A DNA stretch of 53,445 nucleotides from Acidimicrobiia bacterium. Its GTDB lineage: Bacteria; Actinomycetota; Acidimicrobiia; Acidimicrobiales; Hopanoidiivorantaceae. The position numbers and the translations under genes were made by a program. The notes below the pieces were generated by a model. That model was given only the letters and a program-made list of their open reading frames with translations. It did not search any database and was not told the DNA's origin. Each line of letters begins with the position of its first letter. The stretch's first letter is position 1. Below, piece by piece: positions 1-10,352 of this stretch. The DNA lies in assembly GCA_020027305.1 (NCBI GenBank), contig JAHRAM010000008.1, positions 1-53,445 of the forward strand. The letters are read 5' to 3'.

Positions 1-885
1 AAGAATGTTGAAGAAATTTTGCGGCACCTAGATTGGTTTTCCACTCTAATTTTGCTGGGTGAAGAGCCACTTGGAAATGTAGCTGACGCTAACCTTTTGG
101 CTGAGGCTCTTAACCCTACCACCCGCCCACACATTATTGCACTAGATAAATTCCTAACACCTGCGATGGAAAAATATGTGGATGTAGTTTTTCCGGTGGC
201 AGCATTTTGTGAAAGAGAAGGTAGCCACACAAATCTTGAGGGCAGAATATCTCCGCTCACTGCCCTTGTCTCAGTTGATCTGAGGTGCGAGTGGGAAATT
301 GCACTTGAGCTTTCAAAAAGTTTAGGCAAGCCAATGTCTTTTGCCAGCTTAGGTAATATCTGGGAAGAAATTTCTGCTATCTCCCCCAAACACAAAAATC
401 TTAGCTATGAGAAAATCAAAAATTCCAAAGATGGAATTTTAATTGAACAACAGCCGACATCGCTTAATTTTGAAATAGAAGAAGAGCTTGGCATTGGAAG
501 AGATACATATTCCAGTCGCTTAATCGTTCGCCGCCCAATGTATGATGGTAGTGCTTGGCTCTCTCAATGTGAGTCGCTTGTTCCATATATCTGTGATTCT
601 TCAATAATTTATTTAAGCCCTGATGAGCTTGTGCGATTAGGGATAGAGCCAGGCTCTAGTGTGGAGGTCTCACATATTTCTGATGGAAAAGAAACAACGA
701 CTAGTCCATTGGTTTTAATTGCCGAAGCAGACTCTTCCATTCCGCCAGGAGTTGCAACTATGGATTTCGGTAGCAGATATGGGTCTGCTCATCCATCTCA
801 ATTAATTGATTCTTCGTTGGCAGTAAACGATGTGCTTATTCAAAGCATTGGGACAAATACAGAATTGAGTGGAGACAAAAAATGA
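1..885 (+). CDS. nuoG: NADH-quinone oxidoreductase subunit G, C-terminal part (5' end lies outside the window)
   Basis: Frame 1 is open from base 1 to the TGA at 883-885. The sequence is molybdopterin-oxidoreductase-like (DVVFPVAAFCEREGSHTNLEGR). It has an ATGA overlap with the following nuoH. Confidence 0.8.
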   Translation, partial: KNVEEILRHLDWFSTLILLGEEPLGNVADANLLAEALNPTTRPHIIALDKFLTPAMEKYVDVVFPVAAFCEREGSHTNLEGRISPLTALVSVDLRCEWEIALELSKSLGKPMSFASLGNIWEEISAISPKHKNLSYEKIKNSKDGILIEQQPTSLNFEIEEELGIGRDTYSSRLIVRRPMYDGSAWLSQCESLVPYICDSSIIYLSPDELVRLGIEPGSSVEVSHISDGKETTTSPLVLIAEADSSIPPGVATMDFGSRYGSAHPSQLIDSSLAVNDVLIQSIGTNTELSGDKK

Positions 886-2177
886 TATTTGCTGTTGATT
901 TATTGCTTAGAGATAGCATTGGGCTTGTAGAAGTTGGGATTGTGTTACTCAAAGTCGGGGTTGCATTTGTGCTGCTGCTCTTAGGTGTGATGTTGATGAT
1001 TTGGTTTGAGCGAAAGTTTATTAGCGACATGCAAAATCGCATTGGCCCAAACTTGGCCGGCCCGTTTGGAATTTTTCAAACTTTAGCAGATGGAATCAAG
1101 TTGTTTTTCAAAGAAGATCAAGTTCCAGCAAAAGCTGACCCGCTGGTTTTTAGGTTGGCTCCTTACCTAGCACTTGTTCCAGCTTTTCTAATCTTTACAG
1201 TTGTGCCAATCGGGGGAGATTTTTCTGGTGGGGGCGATGGCACTGTAACTTGGTGGGGGCGTCAAACTTTTCTACAGGTAGCAGATCCACCTATCGGGTT
1301 TTTGATTATACTTGCAATGTCTTCAATGGCAGTCTATGGAGTGTTGCTTGCTGGGTGGGCTTCTGGCTCAAAATATCCTCTTTTTAGCGCTATCAGGGTT
1401 TCAGCGCAGATGGTTTCTTATGAAGTAGCTCTAGGGCTGTCGTTTGCCTCTGTTTTGCTTATGTCTAAAAGTTTTTCAACCCATGATATAGTCTTGAGCC
1501 AAGGGGGTTATGAGTGGAATCTTTGGATGACGGGGTTAGTGCCGTTTTTCATTTTCCTTCTAGCAGTCACAGCTGAGATGAACCGCCCGCCCTTTGACTT
1601 GGTGGAAGCAGAGCAAGAATTGGTTGGCGGTTTTCATACGGAATATAGCTCACTTCGCTTTGCCCTGTTTTATTTAGCTGAGTTCATGAATGTTATAACT
1701 ATGTCTGGTGTAATCGTAACTTTATTTTTGGGTGGGCCAGAAGGGCCTGAGCCATTCCCATTACCAGGTTGGCTTTGGGGAATATTTTGGTTCTGCCTAA
1801 AGATGGTTGTGTTCTTAGCAGTGTTTGTTTGGTTCCGTGCCACCCTGCCAAGGTTCCGATATGACCAGCTTATGAATTTAGGTTGGAAGCTACTCATCCC
1901 GCTTTCTCTAGTTTGGTTCTTAGCGTTGGCAACACTTCAGGTTAGCGACAATCGAGATTGGAATGATTTTATTGTGCTTGCTTCTATATTTGGAGGGTTT
2001 GTGCTTGTTGGTTTATTGCTAAAGCGGGCACTCAAAACAGCCGCGCACAATCCAGACCCAGACCTTTCTGCCCCTGCTACTGCTGAAAACAATGTTGAAG
2101 AAAATGCTGGCAGGAATACAGAAAACAATTTTGACATCGAGAACTTGAAAGAAAAAGATTTAGGAGGTAAAAACTAA
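882..2177 (+). CDS. nuoH: NADH-quinone oxidoreductase subunit H (set 1)
   Basis: Polytopic protein with NuoH/ND1 hallmarks (ERKFISDMQNRIGPN, FQTLADGIKLFFKED, EAEQELVGGFHTEYS, PRFRYDQLM). It has a C-terminal hydrophilic tail. Confidence 0.93.
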   Translation: MIFAVDLLLRDSIGLVEVGIVLLKVGVAFVLLLLGVMLMIWFERKFISDMQNRIGPNLAGPFGIFQTLADGIKLFFKEDQVPAKADPLVFRLAPYLALVPAFLIFTVVPIGGDFSGGGDGTVTWWGRQTFLQVADPPIGFLIILAMSSMAVYGVLLAGWASGSKYPLFSAIRVSAQMVSYEVALGLSFASVLLMSKSFSTHDIVLSQGGYEWNLWMTGLVPFFIFLLAVTAEMNRPPFDLVEAEQELVGGFHTEYSSLRFALFYLAEFMNVITMSGVIVTLFLGGPEGPEPFPLPGWLWGIFWFCLKMVVFLAVFVWFRATLPRFRYDQLMNLGWKLLIPLSLVWFLALATLQVSDNRDWNDFIVLASIFGGFVLVGLLLKRALKTAAHNPDPDLSAPATAENNVEENAGRNTENNFDIENLKEKDLGGKN

Positions 2178-2710
2178 TGCTTGGATACATTAAGGGGTTT
2201 GCTATCACCTTCAAAAAACTTTTTGAAAAACGAGTTACTACACAATATCCTAAACAGCGAAGACCAAAGCCTGCTCGCGCTCACGGCCGCCACATCCTAA
2301 ATCGTTATGAAGACGGGATGGAAAAGTGCATTGGGTGCGAGCTATGTGCTGGGGTGTGCCCTGCAAATTGCATTTATGTAAGAGGGGCAGACAATTCACC
2401 TGATAGCCCGGTGTCGCCTGGGGAAAGATATGGCTATATATATGAGATTAATTACTTGCGTTGTATTCACTGCGATCTCTGTATTGAAGCATGCCCTACT
2501 GAAGCAATTACTGAGACTAAACTCTTTGAATTTTCATTTACAAATCGAGCTGATGCAATCTATACAAGAGATGAACTTTTGGTTGATGAAGATGGAAAGC
2601 CTAAGCAATTAGAATGGGAAGACTGGGAAGGCGTCTCTGAAGTTACATCTGAATGGATGAGGGCAACCTCTTCTGCTGGCAGTGCTGCTTATGAGGGGAA
2701 ACAGGACTGA
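2177..2710 (+). CDS. nuoI: NADH-quinone oxidoreductase subunit I (2x[4Fe-4S] ferredoxin-type)
   Basis: Two CxxCxxCxxxCP motifs (CIGCELCAGVCP, CIHCDLCIEACP). Positioned between nuoH and nuoJ. Confidence 0.93.
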   Translation: MLGYIKGFAITFKKLFEKRVTTQYPKQRRPKPARAHGRHILNRYEDGMEKCIGCELCAGVCPANCIYVRGADNSPDSPVSPGERYGYIYEINYLRCIHCDLCIEACPTEAITETKLFEFSFTNRADAIYTRDELLVDEDGKPKQLEWEDWEGVSEVTSEWMRATSSAGSAAYEGKQD

Positions 2711-2722
2711 GCAAGCGACAAA

Positions 2723-3295
2723 ATGGAAACTGCCGTATTTATAGTTGCTGCCATCATCACCGTGCTAAGCGCCTTTGGTGTTATTTTGGCAAAGAATCCA
2801 GTTCATTCAGTATTGATGTTGATGGCTACCTTGTTTGCTATAGCAGTTTTATTTGTGGCACAAGATGCGCACTTTTTGGCGGCTGTTCAAATAATTGTTT
2901 ATGCTGGGGCAATCGTTGTGCTGTTTTTATTTGTGGTTATGTTGCTAGGAGTAGACTTAGCTGAAAATTTAAGGGTAGAGCCAATCGGTGGGCAACGTCC
3001 TTTGGCGATTGGGGCCACGGTAGCAACTGCTGTTCTCACGATTTTACTAATCATTGTGGCAGCCAGTGACTCTTCTAAACCTGAGTCGGGTGACCTTGCT
3101 GGCATAACACAAGAAACTGGCAACACAGGTGTTGCAAATTTAGGCAGAGTAATTTTCACAGATTATGTTTGGGCCTTTGAAATTATTGCAGCCCTTTTAA
3201 CCATTGGCGTGATTGGGGCAGTGCTTCTAACTAGGCGAGCAAAACAGCAAGAAGTAGAAGAAGAGGTAGTAGAAAAAGAAGGGGGGCAACTTTAA
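2723..3295 (+). CDS. nuoJ: NADH-quinone oxidoreductase subunit J
   Basis: Small hydrophobic protein in the J position of the operon, with the ND6-like motif VQIIVYAGAIVVLFLFVVML. Confidence 0.88.
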   Translation: METAVFIVAAIITVLSAFGVILAKNPVHSVLMLMATLFAIAVLFVAQDAHFLAAVQIIVYAGAIVVLFLFVVMLLGVDLAENLRVEPIGGQRPLAIGATVATAVLTILLIIVAASDSSKPESGDLAGITQETGNTGVANLGRVIFTDYVWAFEIIAALLTIGVIGAVLLTRRAKQQEVEEEVVEKEGGQL

Positions 3296-3615
3296 TGTCT
3301 ATAGTGGCAGTGGCAGTTAGCCCAAGTTGGTATTTAATTTTAAGCGGCGTGCTTTTTTCAATTGGCGTGTTGGGGCTTTTGGTAAGGCGAAACCCATTGG
3401 TGATGTTTATGTGTGTGGAGTTGATGTTAAATGCTGTCAATTTAACGTTTGTAACATTTGCAAGAGAGTTTGGCCATTTAGGTGGACAAGCTGCTGTGCT
3501 ATTTGTGTTAACTGTGGCAGCTGCTGAGGTTGTGGTTGGGCTAGCAATATTGGTTTCAGTGCTCAGGCTTCGTCCAGGTGCTACAGCTGATGATATTTCA
3601 TCTTTGAAGGGCTGA
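3295..3615 (+). CDS. nuoK: NADH-quinone oxidoreductase subunit K
   Basis: 106-aa, three-TM protein with the conserved glutamates (CVELMLNAVNL, AAAEVVVGLAI). Start overlaps the nuoJ stop. Confidence 0.92.
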   Translation: MSIVAVAVSPSWYLILSGVLFSIGVLGLLVRRNPLVMFMCVELMLNAVNLTFVTFAREFGHLGGQAAVLFVLTVAAAEVVVGLAILVSVLRLRPGATADDISSLKG

Positions 3616-3637
3616 TAATTGTCGCGATATTTCTATT

Positions 3638-5557
3638 ATGGCTGAAGCGCTCACAAACACCGTCTGGTTCTTGCCACTTGCTCCGCTTGTGGGATTTTTG
3701 GTTTTAGTCTTTGGGTTTGACAAGGTATTTGATTCCCGCAACTCTCAAAAGAATGTGCCAGAAAAAAGAATTGGTTGGCTAGCGTCTGGATTTGTTATAA
3801 CCGCTTTTGTTTTTGCTGTTCTTCAGTTTGTGGCATTGCTTTCATTAGATGGTCATGACAGGGCAGTTACAAAAACTCTCTATAGCTGGATTCCAGTCGG
3901 AAGCCTCAAGGTTGATATATCTTTTCTAGTTGACCCGCTTTCGGTCACGATGATTTTATTTATAACAGGCGTTGGGGCACTCATCCATATTTATGCCGTT
4001 TATTATATGCACGGCGATAAAGACTATCGGCGGTTCTTTTCTTATCTCAACTTGTTTGTATTCTCAATGATTATTTTGGTGATGGCTGATAATCTTTTGT
4101 TGTCGTTTCTTGGGTGGGAAGGTGTTGGGGTGTGTTCTTATTTCCTCATATCTTTTTGGTTTGACAAGCGAGAAAATGCTTCTGCTGGAAGCAAAGCTTT
4201 CATCACAAATCGTGTAGGAGACTTTGGTTTTATGCTGGCCATATTTTTCACCTTCCAAGCATTTGGCTCTTTAGGCTGGCAAGACATTTCACACGGTGCT
4301 AGTTCAGCAACTGCTTCTACAGTTTCTATAATTGTCTTGCTTCTAATGCTGGGAGCTGCTGGAAAGTCTGCACAGATACCACTTCAAGTTTGGCTACCAA
4401 ATGCTATGGCTGGCCCAACCCCTGTGTCTGCTCTTATACATGCTGCCACTATGGTGACAGCTGGGGTGTATTTACTAGTTCGTGTAAGCCCCTTGCTTGA
4501 AGCCAGCTATGATTGGGTTCCACAAGTCATAATGTGGATAGGGCTTGTCACTGCCCTAGTAGCAGCTCTCTCGGCAATGGCTCAAACCGATATTAAACGG
4601 GTGTTGGCATATTCCACTATTAGCCAGCTGGGGTTTATGTTTGTGGCAATTGGCGCAGGCGCACCTGTGGCTGCAATCTTTCATATGATTACACATGCCT
4701 TTTTCAAGGCGCTTTTGTTTTTGGGGGCAGGCTCTGTTACGCATGCAATGGATGGAGAACAAGACATTAACAAAATGGGCGGGCTCTCAAAACACCTTCG
4801 CTATACCACGCCTTTATTTTTGGTGGGCTGGTTGGCGATATCTGGCGTACCTCCGTTTTCAGGTTTTTGGTCAAAAGATGAAATCTTGGCTGGGGTTTAT
4901 AATAACAACCGATTTGCTTATGTGCTTTTATTGCTTGCAGCTGGGGTCACAGGTTTTTATATGACGCGTTTAGTGTTAAAAGTCTTTTTTGGAAAACCAA
5001 ATTACACACATACTCCGCATGAATCAGGCAAAGGAATTCTTTTGCCTTTGTATGGCTTGGCCGCACTTGCCATTGTGGCTGGAATTTTAAACCTTCCATT
5101 TTCTAAAGATTTATTGGTCTTGGAGCATTGGTTAGAGCCAGCGCTTGAGGGTGGTTTTGTAAAGCACTTGTCGTTTGGGGGTGGAACTCAATGGGTGCTT
5201 GGAATTTTAAGCATCATTGTCGGTGGGTTAGCGATGTTTTTGGCATTCCGAATTTATCACTCCAATCGTTTCGGTAGCATTCAAAAAGTTGTTGAGCATC
5301 AGTTTTTCTACAAGGCATGGCACATAGATCAAGCACTTACATCTTTTGTAGGTGGAAAAGGAAATAGGATGTTTCAAAAAGCTGCAGACTTTGATACAAA
5401 AGTGGTGGATGGCACAGTCATGGGTGTGGCAAGTAATACTAAAAAACTGGGTGGGGTAGTTCGGCTATTTCAGACTGGCAAAATCCGTTCCTATGCTCTG
5501 TGGGTGACGTTAGGGGCTGTGGCTCTGCTTGTTTATTTCTTGATAAGGGCATTGTAG
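3638..5557 (+). CDS. nuoL: NADH-quinone oxidoreductase subunit L
   Basis: 639-aa antiporter-like subunit (WLPNAMAGPTPVSALIHAATMVTAGVYL, KRVLAYSTISQLGFM, FSGFWSKDEIL) with a C-terminal lateral-helix region. Confidence 0.93.
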   Translation: MAEALTNTVWFLPLAPLVGFLVLVFGFDKVFDSRNSQKNVPEKRIGWLASGFVITAFVFAVLQFVALLSLDGHDRAVTKTLYSWIPVGSLKVDISFLVDPLSVTMILFITGVGALIHIYAVYYMHGDKDYRRFFSYLNLFVFSMIILVMADNLLLSFLGWEGVGVCSYFLISFWFDKRENASAGSKAFITNRVGDFGFMLAIFFTFQAFGSLGWQDISHGASSATASTVSIIVLLLMLGAAGKSAQIPLQVWLPNAMAGPTPVSALIHAATMVTAGVYLLVRVSPLLEASYDWVPQVIMWIGLVTALVAALSAMAQTDIKRVLAYSTISQLGFMFVAIGAGAPVAAIFHMITHAFFKALLFLGAGSVTHAMDGEQDINKMGGLSKHLRYTTPLFLVGWLAISGVPPFSGFWSKDEILAGVYNNNRFAYVLLLLAAGVTGFYMTRLVLKVFFGKPNYTHTPHESGKGILLPLYGLAALAIVAGILNLPFSKDLLVLEHWLEPALEGGFVKHLSFGGGTQWVLGILSIIVGGLAMFLAFRIYHSNRFGSIQKVVEHQFFYKAWHIDQALTSFVGGKGNRMFQKAADFDTKVVDGTVMGVASNTKKLGGVVRLFQTGKIRSYALWVTLGAVALLVYFLIRAL

Positions 5558-5570
5558 GGGAACATATAAG

Positions 5571-7133
5571 ATGGAAGGTTTCCCAATTCTCACAGTGCTC
5601 ATTTTTGTTCCGCTAGTAGGAACAGCAGTTATCAGCGCCCTGCCCGCACGATTTGAAAAAGCTACAGTTGCTAGAAACACCGCTGTTGGTTTTAGCCTTG
5701 TCACCTTAGTGCTGGCGGCGATAGTGCTAATAGATTTTGATACAGCAATCGGTAGCCTCCAGTTCGTTGACCGAGCCACATGGATTGCTCCATCTGGCAT
5801 TCAATGGCTAGTTGGCGTGAACGGCATCTCTATTTTTATGGTGGCGCTCACGGCATTTTTGTTCCCACTATGCTTCATTTTCTTAAAGCAACCTGAGCAA
5901 AATCGTAGGCCTTACTTTGCCCTTATACTGATGCTTCAGTCGGGGTGTCTAGGCGCCTTTTTGGCACAAGACCTGTTTTTATTCTTTGTATTTTTTGAAG
6001 TAGTGTTGGTGCCAATGTATTTTCTCATTGGCAGGTTCGGGCATGCCCGAGCCAAGTTTGCATCTGCTAAGTTTTTTATTTTCACTATGGCAGGTTCGGC
6101 ACTTATGTTGGTGGGGATTTTGGCGGTGGCACTTCTCACAGCAAATAAAACTGGTGCCCCGCTCACATTTGATGTTGAAAGTCTGGCGATTGCAGATGCC
6201 TTGTCAGTGGCAGAAGCTAGGTGGGTATTTTTAGCCTTTGCTATCGGGTTTGGGGTCAAGGTGCCCCTATTTCCCATCCATATTTGGTTGCCAGATGCAC
6301 ATACCGAAGCCCCAACTGCTGGGTCAATCATTTTGGCAGGGGTGCTCCTCAAGTTAGGCACCTATGGATTTTTGCGTTTTGGAATTTTCCTGTTTCCAGA
6401 AGCCGCAGATTTCTTTGCGCCCGTCTTAATGGGTCTTGCAGTCGTTGGCATATTATATGGGGCTGTAGTAGCCACAATGCAAAAAGACTTAAAGCGGCTG
6501 GTGGCATATTCTTCTATTGCTCACTTGGGCTTTGTGGTGCTAGGGCTATTTGCCCTAAACAGTCAAGGCATTTCAGGTGCTGTCTTACAGATGCTTAATC
6601 ACGGTTTATCAACGGGGGCTTTGTTTTTATTGGTGGGATACCTCTATGAGCGACGCCATACAAGACAAATCAGTGAGCTAGAGGGAATTCAAAAAGTAGC
6701 ACCGATTTTTGCTGCTTTGTTTACGGTTGTGATGCTTTCTTCAATCGGCTTGCCAGGGCTAAACGGGTTTGTCGGGGAGTTTTTAATTTTGCTTGGAGCA
6801 TTTGATGCCCACAGATGGTTTGCCGTAGTTGCCACAAGCGGAGTGATTTTAGCAGCGGTGTATTTGCTCTGGGCATACAAGCGAGTTTTTCATGGCCCAG
6901 TAGAAGGTGAGAATGCTAAAACTCCAGATTTAAAGTGGAAAGAGCGGATTGGAGTAGGGCTGTTTATTGTTCCAATTGTTTTAATTGGTGTCTATCCTCG
7001 CTTGCTTCTAAATCGCATTGAGCCAGCCGTTGATAATACTATCGCCCACATTCAAAATGTCATTGGAACTGAAATTGATTTGACTGGTGAGCATGAATCA
7101 CCGCATTCTGAAGAAGGGGGTGAGCACAGATGA
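5571..7133 (+). CDS. nuoM: NADH-quinone oxidoreductase subunit M
   Basis: Antiporter-like subunit with ND4-type motifs (FFVFFEVVLVPMYFLIG, HIWLPDAHTEAPTAGSIILAGVLLKLGTYG). Operon order supports the call. Confidence 0.93.
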   Translation: MEGFPILTVLIFVPLVGTAVISALPARFEKATVARNTAVGFSLVTLVLAAIVLIDFDTAIGSLQFVDRATWIAPSGIQWLVGVNGISIFMVALTAFLFPLCFIFLKQPEQNRRPYFALILMLQSGCLGAFLAQDLFLFFVFFEVVLVPMYFLIGRFGHARAKFASAKFFIFTMAGSALMLVGILAVALLTANKTGAPLTFDVESLAIADALSVAEARWVFLAFAIGFGVKVPLFPIHIWLPDAHTEAPTAGSIILAGVLLKLGTYGFLRFGIFLFPEAADFFAPVLMGLAVVGILYGAVVATMQKDLKRLVAYSSIAHLGFVVLGLFALNSQGISGAVLQMLNHGLSTGALFLLVGYLYERRHTRQISELEGIQKVAPIFAALFTVVMLSSIGLPGLNGFVGEFLILLGAFDAHRWFAVVATSGVILAAVYLLWAYKRVFHGPVEGENAKTPDLKWKERIGVGLFIVPIVLIGVYPRLLLNRIEPAVDNTIAHIQNVIGTEIDLTGEHESPHSEEGGEHR

Positions 7134-8728
7134 CAACACTTAACTGGGGTTCAATAAGTTCTATGTTGGTGCTGTTTGGAACAGCCATATTAGTTGTAAC
7201 TGTTGCCTCGCTTATAAAAAGCTCTAAAAAAGATTTATTGGTGCAAGTAATGACTGCTCTTGGTGGGCTGGGGGGCCTTGCTGCCGTTATAATTTATTGG
7301 CACAGGGTTAGCAGTGATGGCGCAAAACTCTCATTTGCAGATACAGTTCGGATTGACCACTTAGCGCTTTTCATTATTGGGGTCATTTCTTCAATTGTGT
7401 TTTTGTCTGCTTTGACTCTGAAAAGTTTTTTTGCTCGTGAAAAATTATTTAGAGCAGTTACTACCGAAATCTATGTGTTAATTTTGCTTTCAGCTACTGG
7501 TGGGGCAATTATGGCAAGCGCCAACGATCTCATTGTTTTATTTATGGGCTTGGAAGTTCTTTCTTTGGCAGCATATATTCTTGCTGCTTCAAACATTAGA
7601 AAAGCGCAATCACAAGAGTCAGGGATGAAATATTTTGTGATAGGTGCTTTTGCTTCTGGTTTTTTCTTGTATGGCATCGCATTAATTTATGGTGCAACTG
7701 GCTCAACTAAGTTGGCACAAATATCGCAGAAGCTAGTTTCTGGCGCTTTTGTAGATGATGGATTTTTGCTTGGTGGTATAGCACTATTTTTAGTTGGGCT
7801 GCTGTTTAAAGTTTCGGCAGTTCCATTTCACGTTTGGACTCCTGATGTTTATGAAGGTGCCCCTAGCCCATTTGTGGCGTTTATGTCATCAGCAGTTAAG
7901 GTAGCGGGATTTGTAGCGCTCATTAGAGTTTTAGGAGGGGCGCTGATTGAAAGTGCTGCTGACTGGCAGCCAATAATATATGCAGTTTCTATCGCTTCTA
8001 TGGCTGTCGGCACATTGGCAGCATTAGTTCAAACTAATGTGAAACGGATATTGGCGTATTCTTCAATAGCGCACGCGGGTTATATTTTGATTGGAATTCA
8101 AGCTGCCACCAAAGATGGGTTTGCCGCCTCACTTTGGTATTTAGCCATTTATGCAATGTTGGCATTTGCCAGCTTTAGTATCGTGGCAGCAAGGGAGGGT
8201 GCAATAAGTGGCAACAGCATTAATGACCCAAATCACATTGATAACTACAGAGGGCTAGCCTCTAAGCAACCATTTTTGGCGGTGATATTTGCTATTTTGC
8301 TTTTAGCTCAAGCTGGAGTCCCACCCACCAGCGGTTTCTACGCGAAATTCTCTGTTATTTCTGCTGTGGTAGATGCCCGCTCATATCCGCTGGCAATCGT
8401 GGCAATGATTATTGCTGTGGCAGCTGCCTTCATATATATAAGACTGCTCATTGTGATGTTCTTTACGCCAGCTGATAGCTCCTTACTAGGAGGCGCCACA
8501 ATGTCAAAGACTGCATTCTCTAAAACAACCTCTAAAACTATGTCGCCCATTACTCAATTGGATGCCAGTGAAAATTCAGACGCGACATTTGACAAATGGA
8601 AAAAATTAGGAGCAAACAAATTAAATCTTGCTGTCCTCACTTTAGCGGCCGCTTTCACAATTGCTATGGGAGTTTATCCCGCCCCCCTTCTAGAACTTGC
8701 CCAATCTGCCGCCCAATCCCTAGTTTAG
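7130..8728 (+). CDS. nuoN: NADH-quinone oxidoreductase subunit N
   Basis: ND2-type motifs (GLEVLSLAAYILA, PFHVWTPDVYEGAPSPFVAFMS, KRILAYSSIAHAGY). ATGA overlap with nuoM. Confidence 0.92.
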   Translation: MTTLNWGSISSMLVLFGTAILVVTVASLIKSSKKDLLVQVMTALGGLGGLAAVIIYWHRVSSDGAKLSFADTVRIDHLALFIIGVISSIVFLSALTLKSFFAREKLFRAVTTEIYVLILLSATGGAIMASANDLIVLFMGLEVLSLAAYILAASNIRKAQSQESGMKYFVIGAFASGFFLYGIALIYGATGSTKLAQISQKLVSGAFVDDGFLLGGIALFLVGLLFKVSAVPFHVWTPDVYEGAPSPFVAFMSSAVKVAGFVALIRVLGGALIESAADWQPIIYAVSIASMAVGTLAALVQTNVKRILAYSSIAHAGYILIGIQAATKDGFAASLWYLAIYAMLAFASFSIVAAREGAISGNSINDPNHIDNYRGLASKQPFLAVIFAILLLAQAGVPPTSGFYAKFSVISAVVDARSYPLAIVAMIIAVAAAFIYIRLLIVMFFTPADSSLLGGATMSKTAFSKTTSKTMSPITQLDASENSDATFDKWKKLGANKLNLAVLTLAAAFTIAMGVYPAPLLELAQSAAQSLV

Positions 8729-8824
8729 AAATGTTTAAAAATCTAAAGACAAAAAGATTTCAGCAACTGATTTATTTTCAAGATTTAGCCTGCTGCCAGC
8801 GGTTTTGTTAAACTAATTTGTGTC

Positions 8825-9190
8825 GTGTCTGACTTTCTGCGTAGCTACTTGACTGTGGGAATTTTTGGTCTCCTAGCCGTTGTGATGGTGGCAATTATTT
8901 TGTTTTTGGGTGACTTCATTCGCCCCAAGCGACTACAAAAGCAGAAATATGAAACTTATAAAAGCGGTGTGATTCCTGTTGAAGAGGGTTGGCGGCAGTC
9001 AAATGTTCGCTACTACATTTTTGCACTGTTGTTCGTGATGTTTGGCGTGGAGACGGTTTTTATTTTGCCGTGGGCGGTTGGGCTTGAAAGTTTTGGCTTC
9101 TTTGGAGTGATAGAGATGGGCATATTCATTTTTATTCTCTTACTTGGGCTGTTTTATGCGTGGCGGAAGGGAGTGCTTAAATGGCTCTAG
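8825..9190 (+). CDS. nuoA: NADH-quinone oxidoreductase subunit A (set 2)
   Basis: 121-aa, three-TM ND3-like protein ([31 protein letters not shown]). GTG start, with no obvious Shine-Dalgarno sequence upstream. Confidence 0.88.
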   Translation: MSDFLRSYLTVGIFGLLAVVMVAIILFLGDFIRPKRLQKQKYETYKSGVIPVEEGWRQSNVRYYIFALLFVMFGVETVFILPWAVGLESFGFFGVIEMGIFIFILLLGLFYAWRKGVLKWL

Positions 9191-9699
9191 TTGAACGGGG
9201 TAAGATGCCAAAAACAATCACCAAGCTCCTTAACATGAGCAGAAAATATTCACTTTGGGTTTTTCAGTGGGGGCTGGCCTGTTGTGCTATTGAAATGGGG
9301 GCAGCCTTTGCTTCTCCTAGGTATGATGTGATGAGGTTGGGGGTCATTCCATTTCCAGCTTCACCCCGCCAAGCTGACTTAGTCGTTATTTCGGGAACGG
9401 TAACCGACAAGATGGTGCCTTCAATACTTCGACTATATGAACAAATGCCCGACCCTAAATATGTAATTTCAATGGGGGCATGTGCCAATTGTGGTGGGCC
9501 TTATTGGGATTCCTACTCTGTCACAAAGGGTGTTGATCAAATCATCCCCGTAGATGTTTATGTGCCAGGGTGCCCACCTCGCCCAGAGGCACTTTTGGAA
9601 GGAATTGTTTTGCTTCAGGAAAAAATCCAAAACGAAGACATCAGTGCTCGGTTTAGAGGCGACCCTGTGGTTGTAGGAGATATTCCAGCCAGAGTATGA
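9181..9699 (+). CDS. nuoB: NADH-quinone oxidoreductase subunit B (set 2, N2 cluster subunit)
   Basis: PSST-type motifs and N2 ligands are present ([32 protein letters not shown]). Confidence 0.94.
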   Translation: MALVERGKMPKTITKLLNMSRKYSLWVFQWGLACCAIEMGAAFASPRYDVMRLGVIPFPASPRQADLVVISGTVTDKMVPSILRLYEQMPDPKYVISMGACANCGGPYWDSYSVTKGVDQIIPVDVYVPGCPPRPEALLEGIVLLQEKIQNEDISARFRGDPVVVGDIPARV

Positions 9700-10352
9700 C
9701 TGCTTTAGAAGACGCGAAAAGTCAACTCAGCAAAGCATTGGGTGAAGACTTGCTGGGCGCTGAACCCATGCCAACATTTGGGGCGGTTACGGTAGAAAAT
9801 CTAATGATTAGAGTTCGCCGTGAGGCTTGGGTAAAAATAGGCGAAACCCTAAGAGATGTTCTTAATTGCAAGTGGTTCGACTTTCTTTCTGCCATTGATT
9901 GGATGGAATCCCCGTTTGGGCGCCAGCTTGATACCGAACAAGATGAAGAAGAAAGTTTTACTGCCCCGCCCCCGATTGAGTGGGGGATTTTAGGTGGCGA
10001 AACCCGTCTTCAGATTTTGGCAAGGGTGCGCACAGTAGGAAAAAGCGCAGACACACAACTAGGCGTTATCTTAAAAGCTGATTTGCCAGATGAAGAGCCG
10101 GCCATTGACTCTTGGGCCTCGGTTTATCCAGGCTCTGATTGGAACGAGCGAGAAGTTTGGGAGATGTTTGGCATCCGTTTTGATGGGCACCCCGGCCTTC
10201 GCCACATTTATCTTCCTTCTGAATTTGAGGGCTATCCGTTGAGAAAAGATTTCCCGCTTCTAGCAAGAAAAGTTAAGCCGTGGCCAGGTGTCGTAGATGT
10301 TGAACAGATGCCAGGGCTTGATAATGAGGAAGAAGAAAATGTCACAAACTGA
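9696..10352 (+). CDS. nuoC: NADH-quinone oxidoreductase subunit C (set 2)
   Basis: 30-kDa subunit motifs ([20 protein letters not shown]-like: [25 protein letters not shown]). Contains an acidic internal insertion. Confidence 0.9.
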   Translation: MTALEDAKSQLSKALGEDLLGAEPMPTFGAVTVENLMIRVRREAWVKIGETLRDVLNCKWFDFLSAIDWMESPFGRQLDTEQDEEESFTAPPPIEWGILGGETRLQILARVRTVGKSADTQLGVILKADLPDEEPAIDSWASVYPGSDWNEREVWEMFGIRFDGHPGLRHIYLPSEFEGYPLRKDFPLLARKVKPWPGVVDVEQMPGLDNEEEENVTN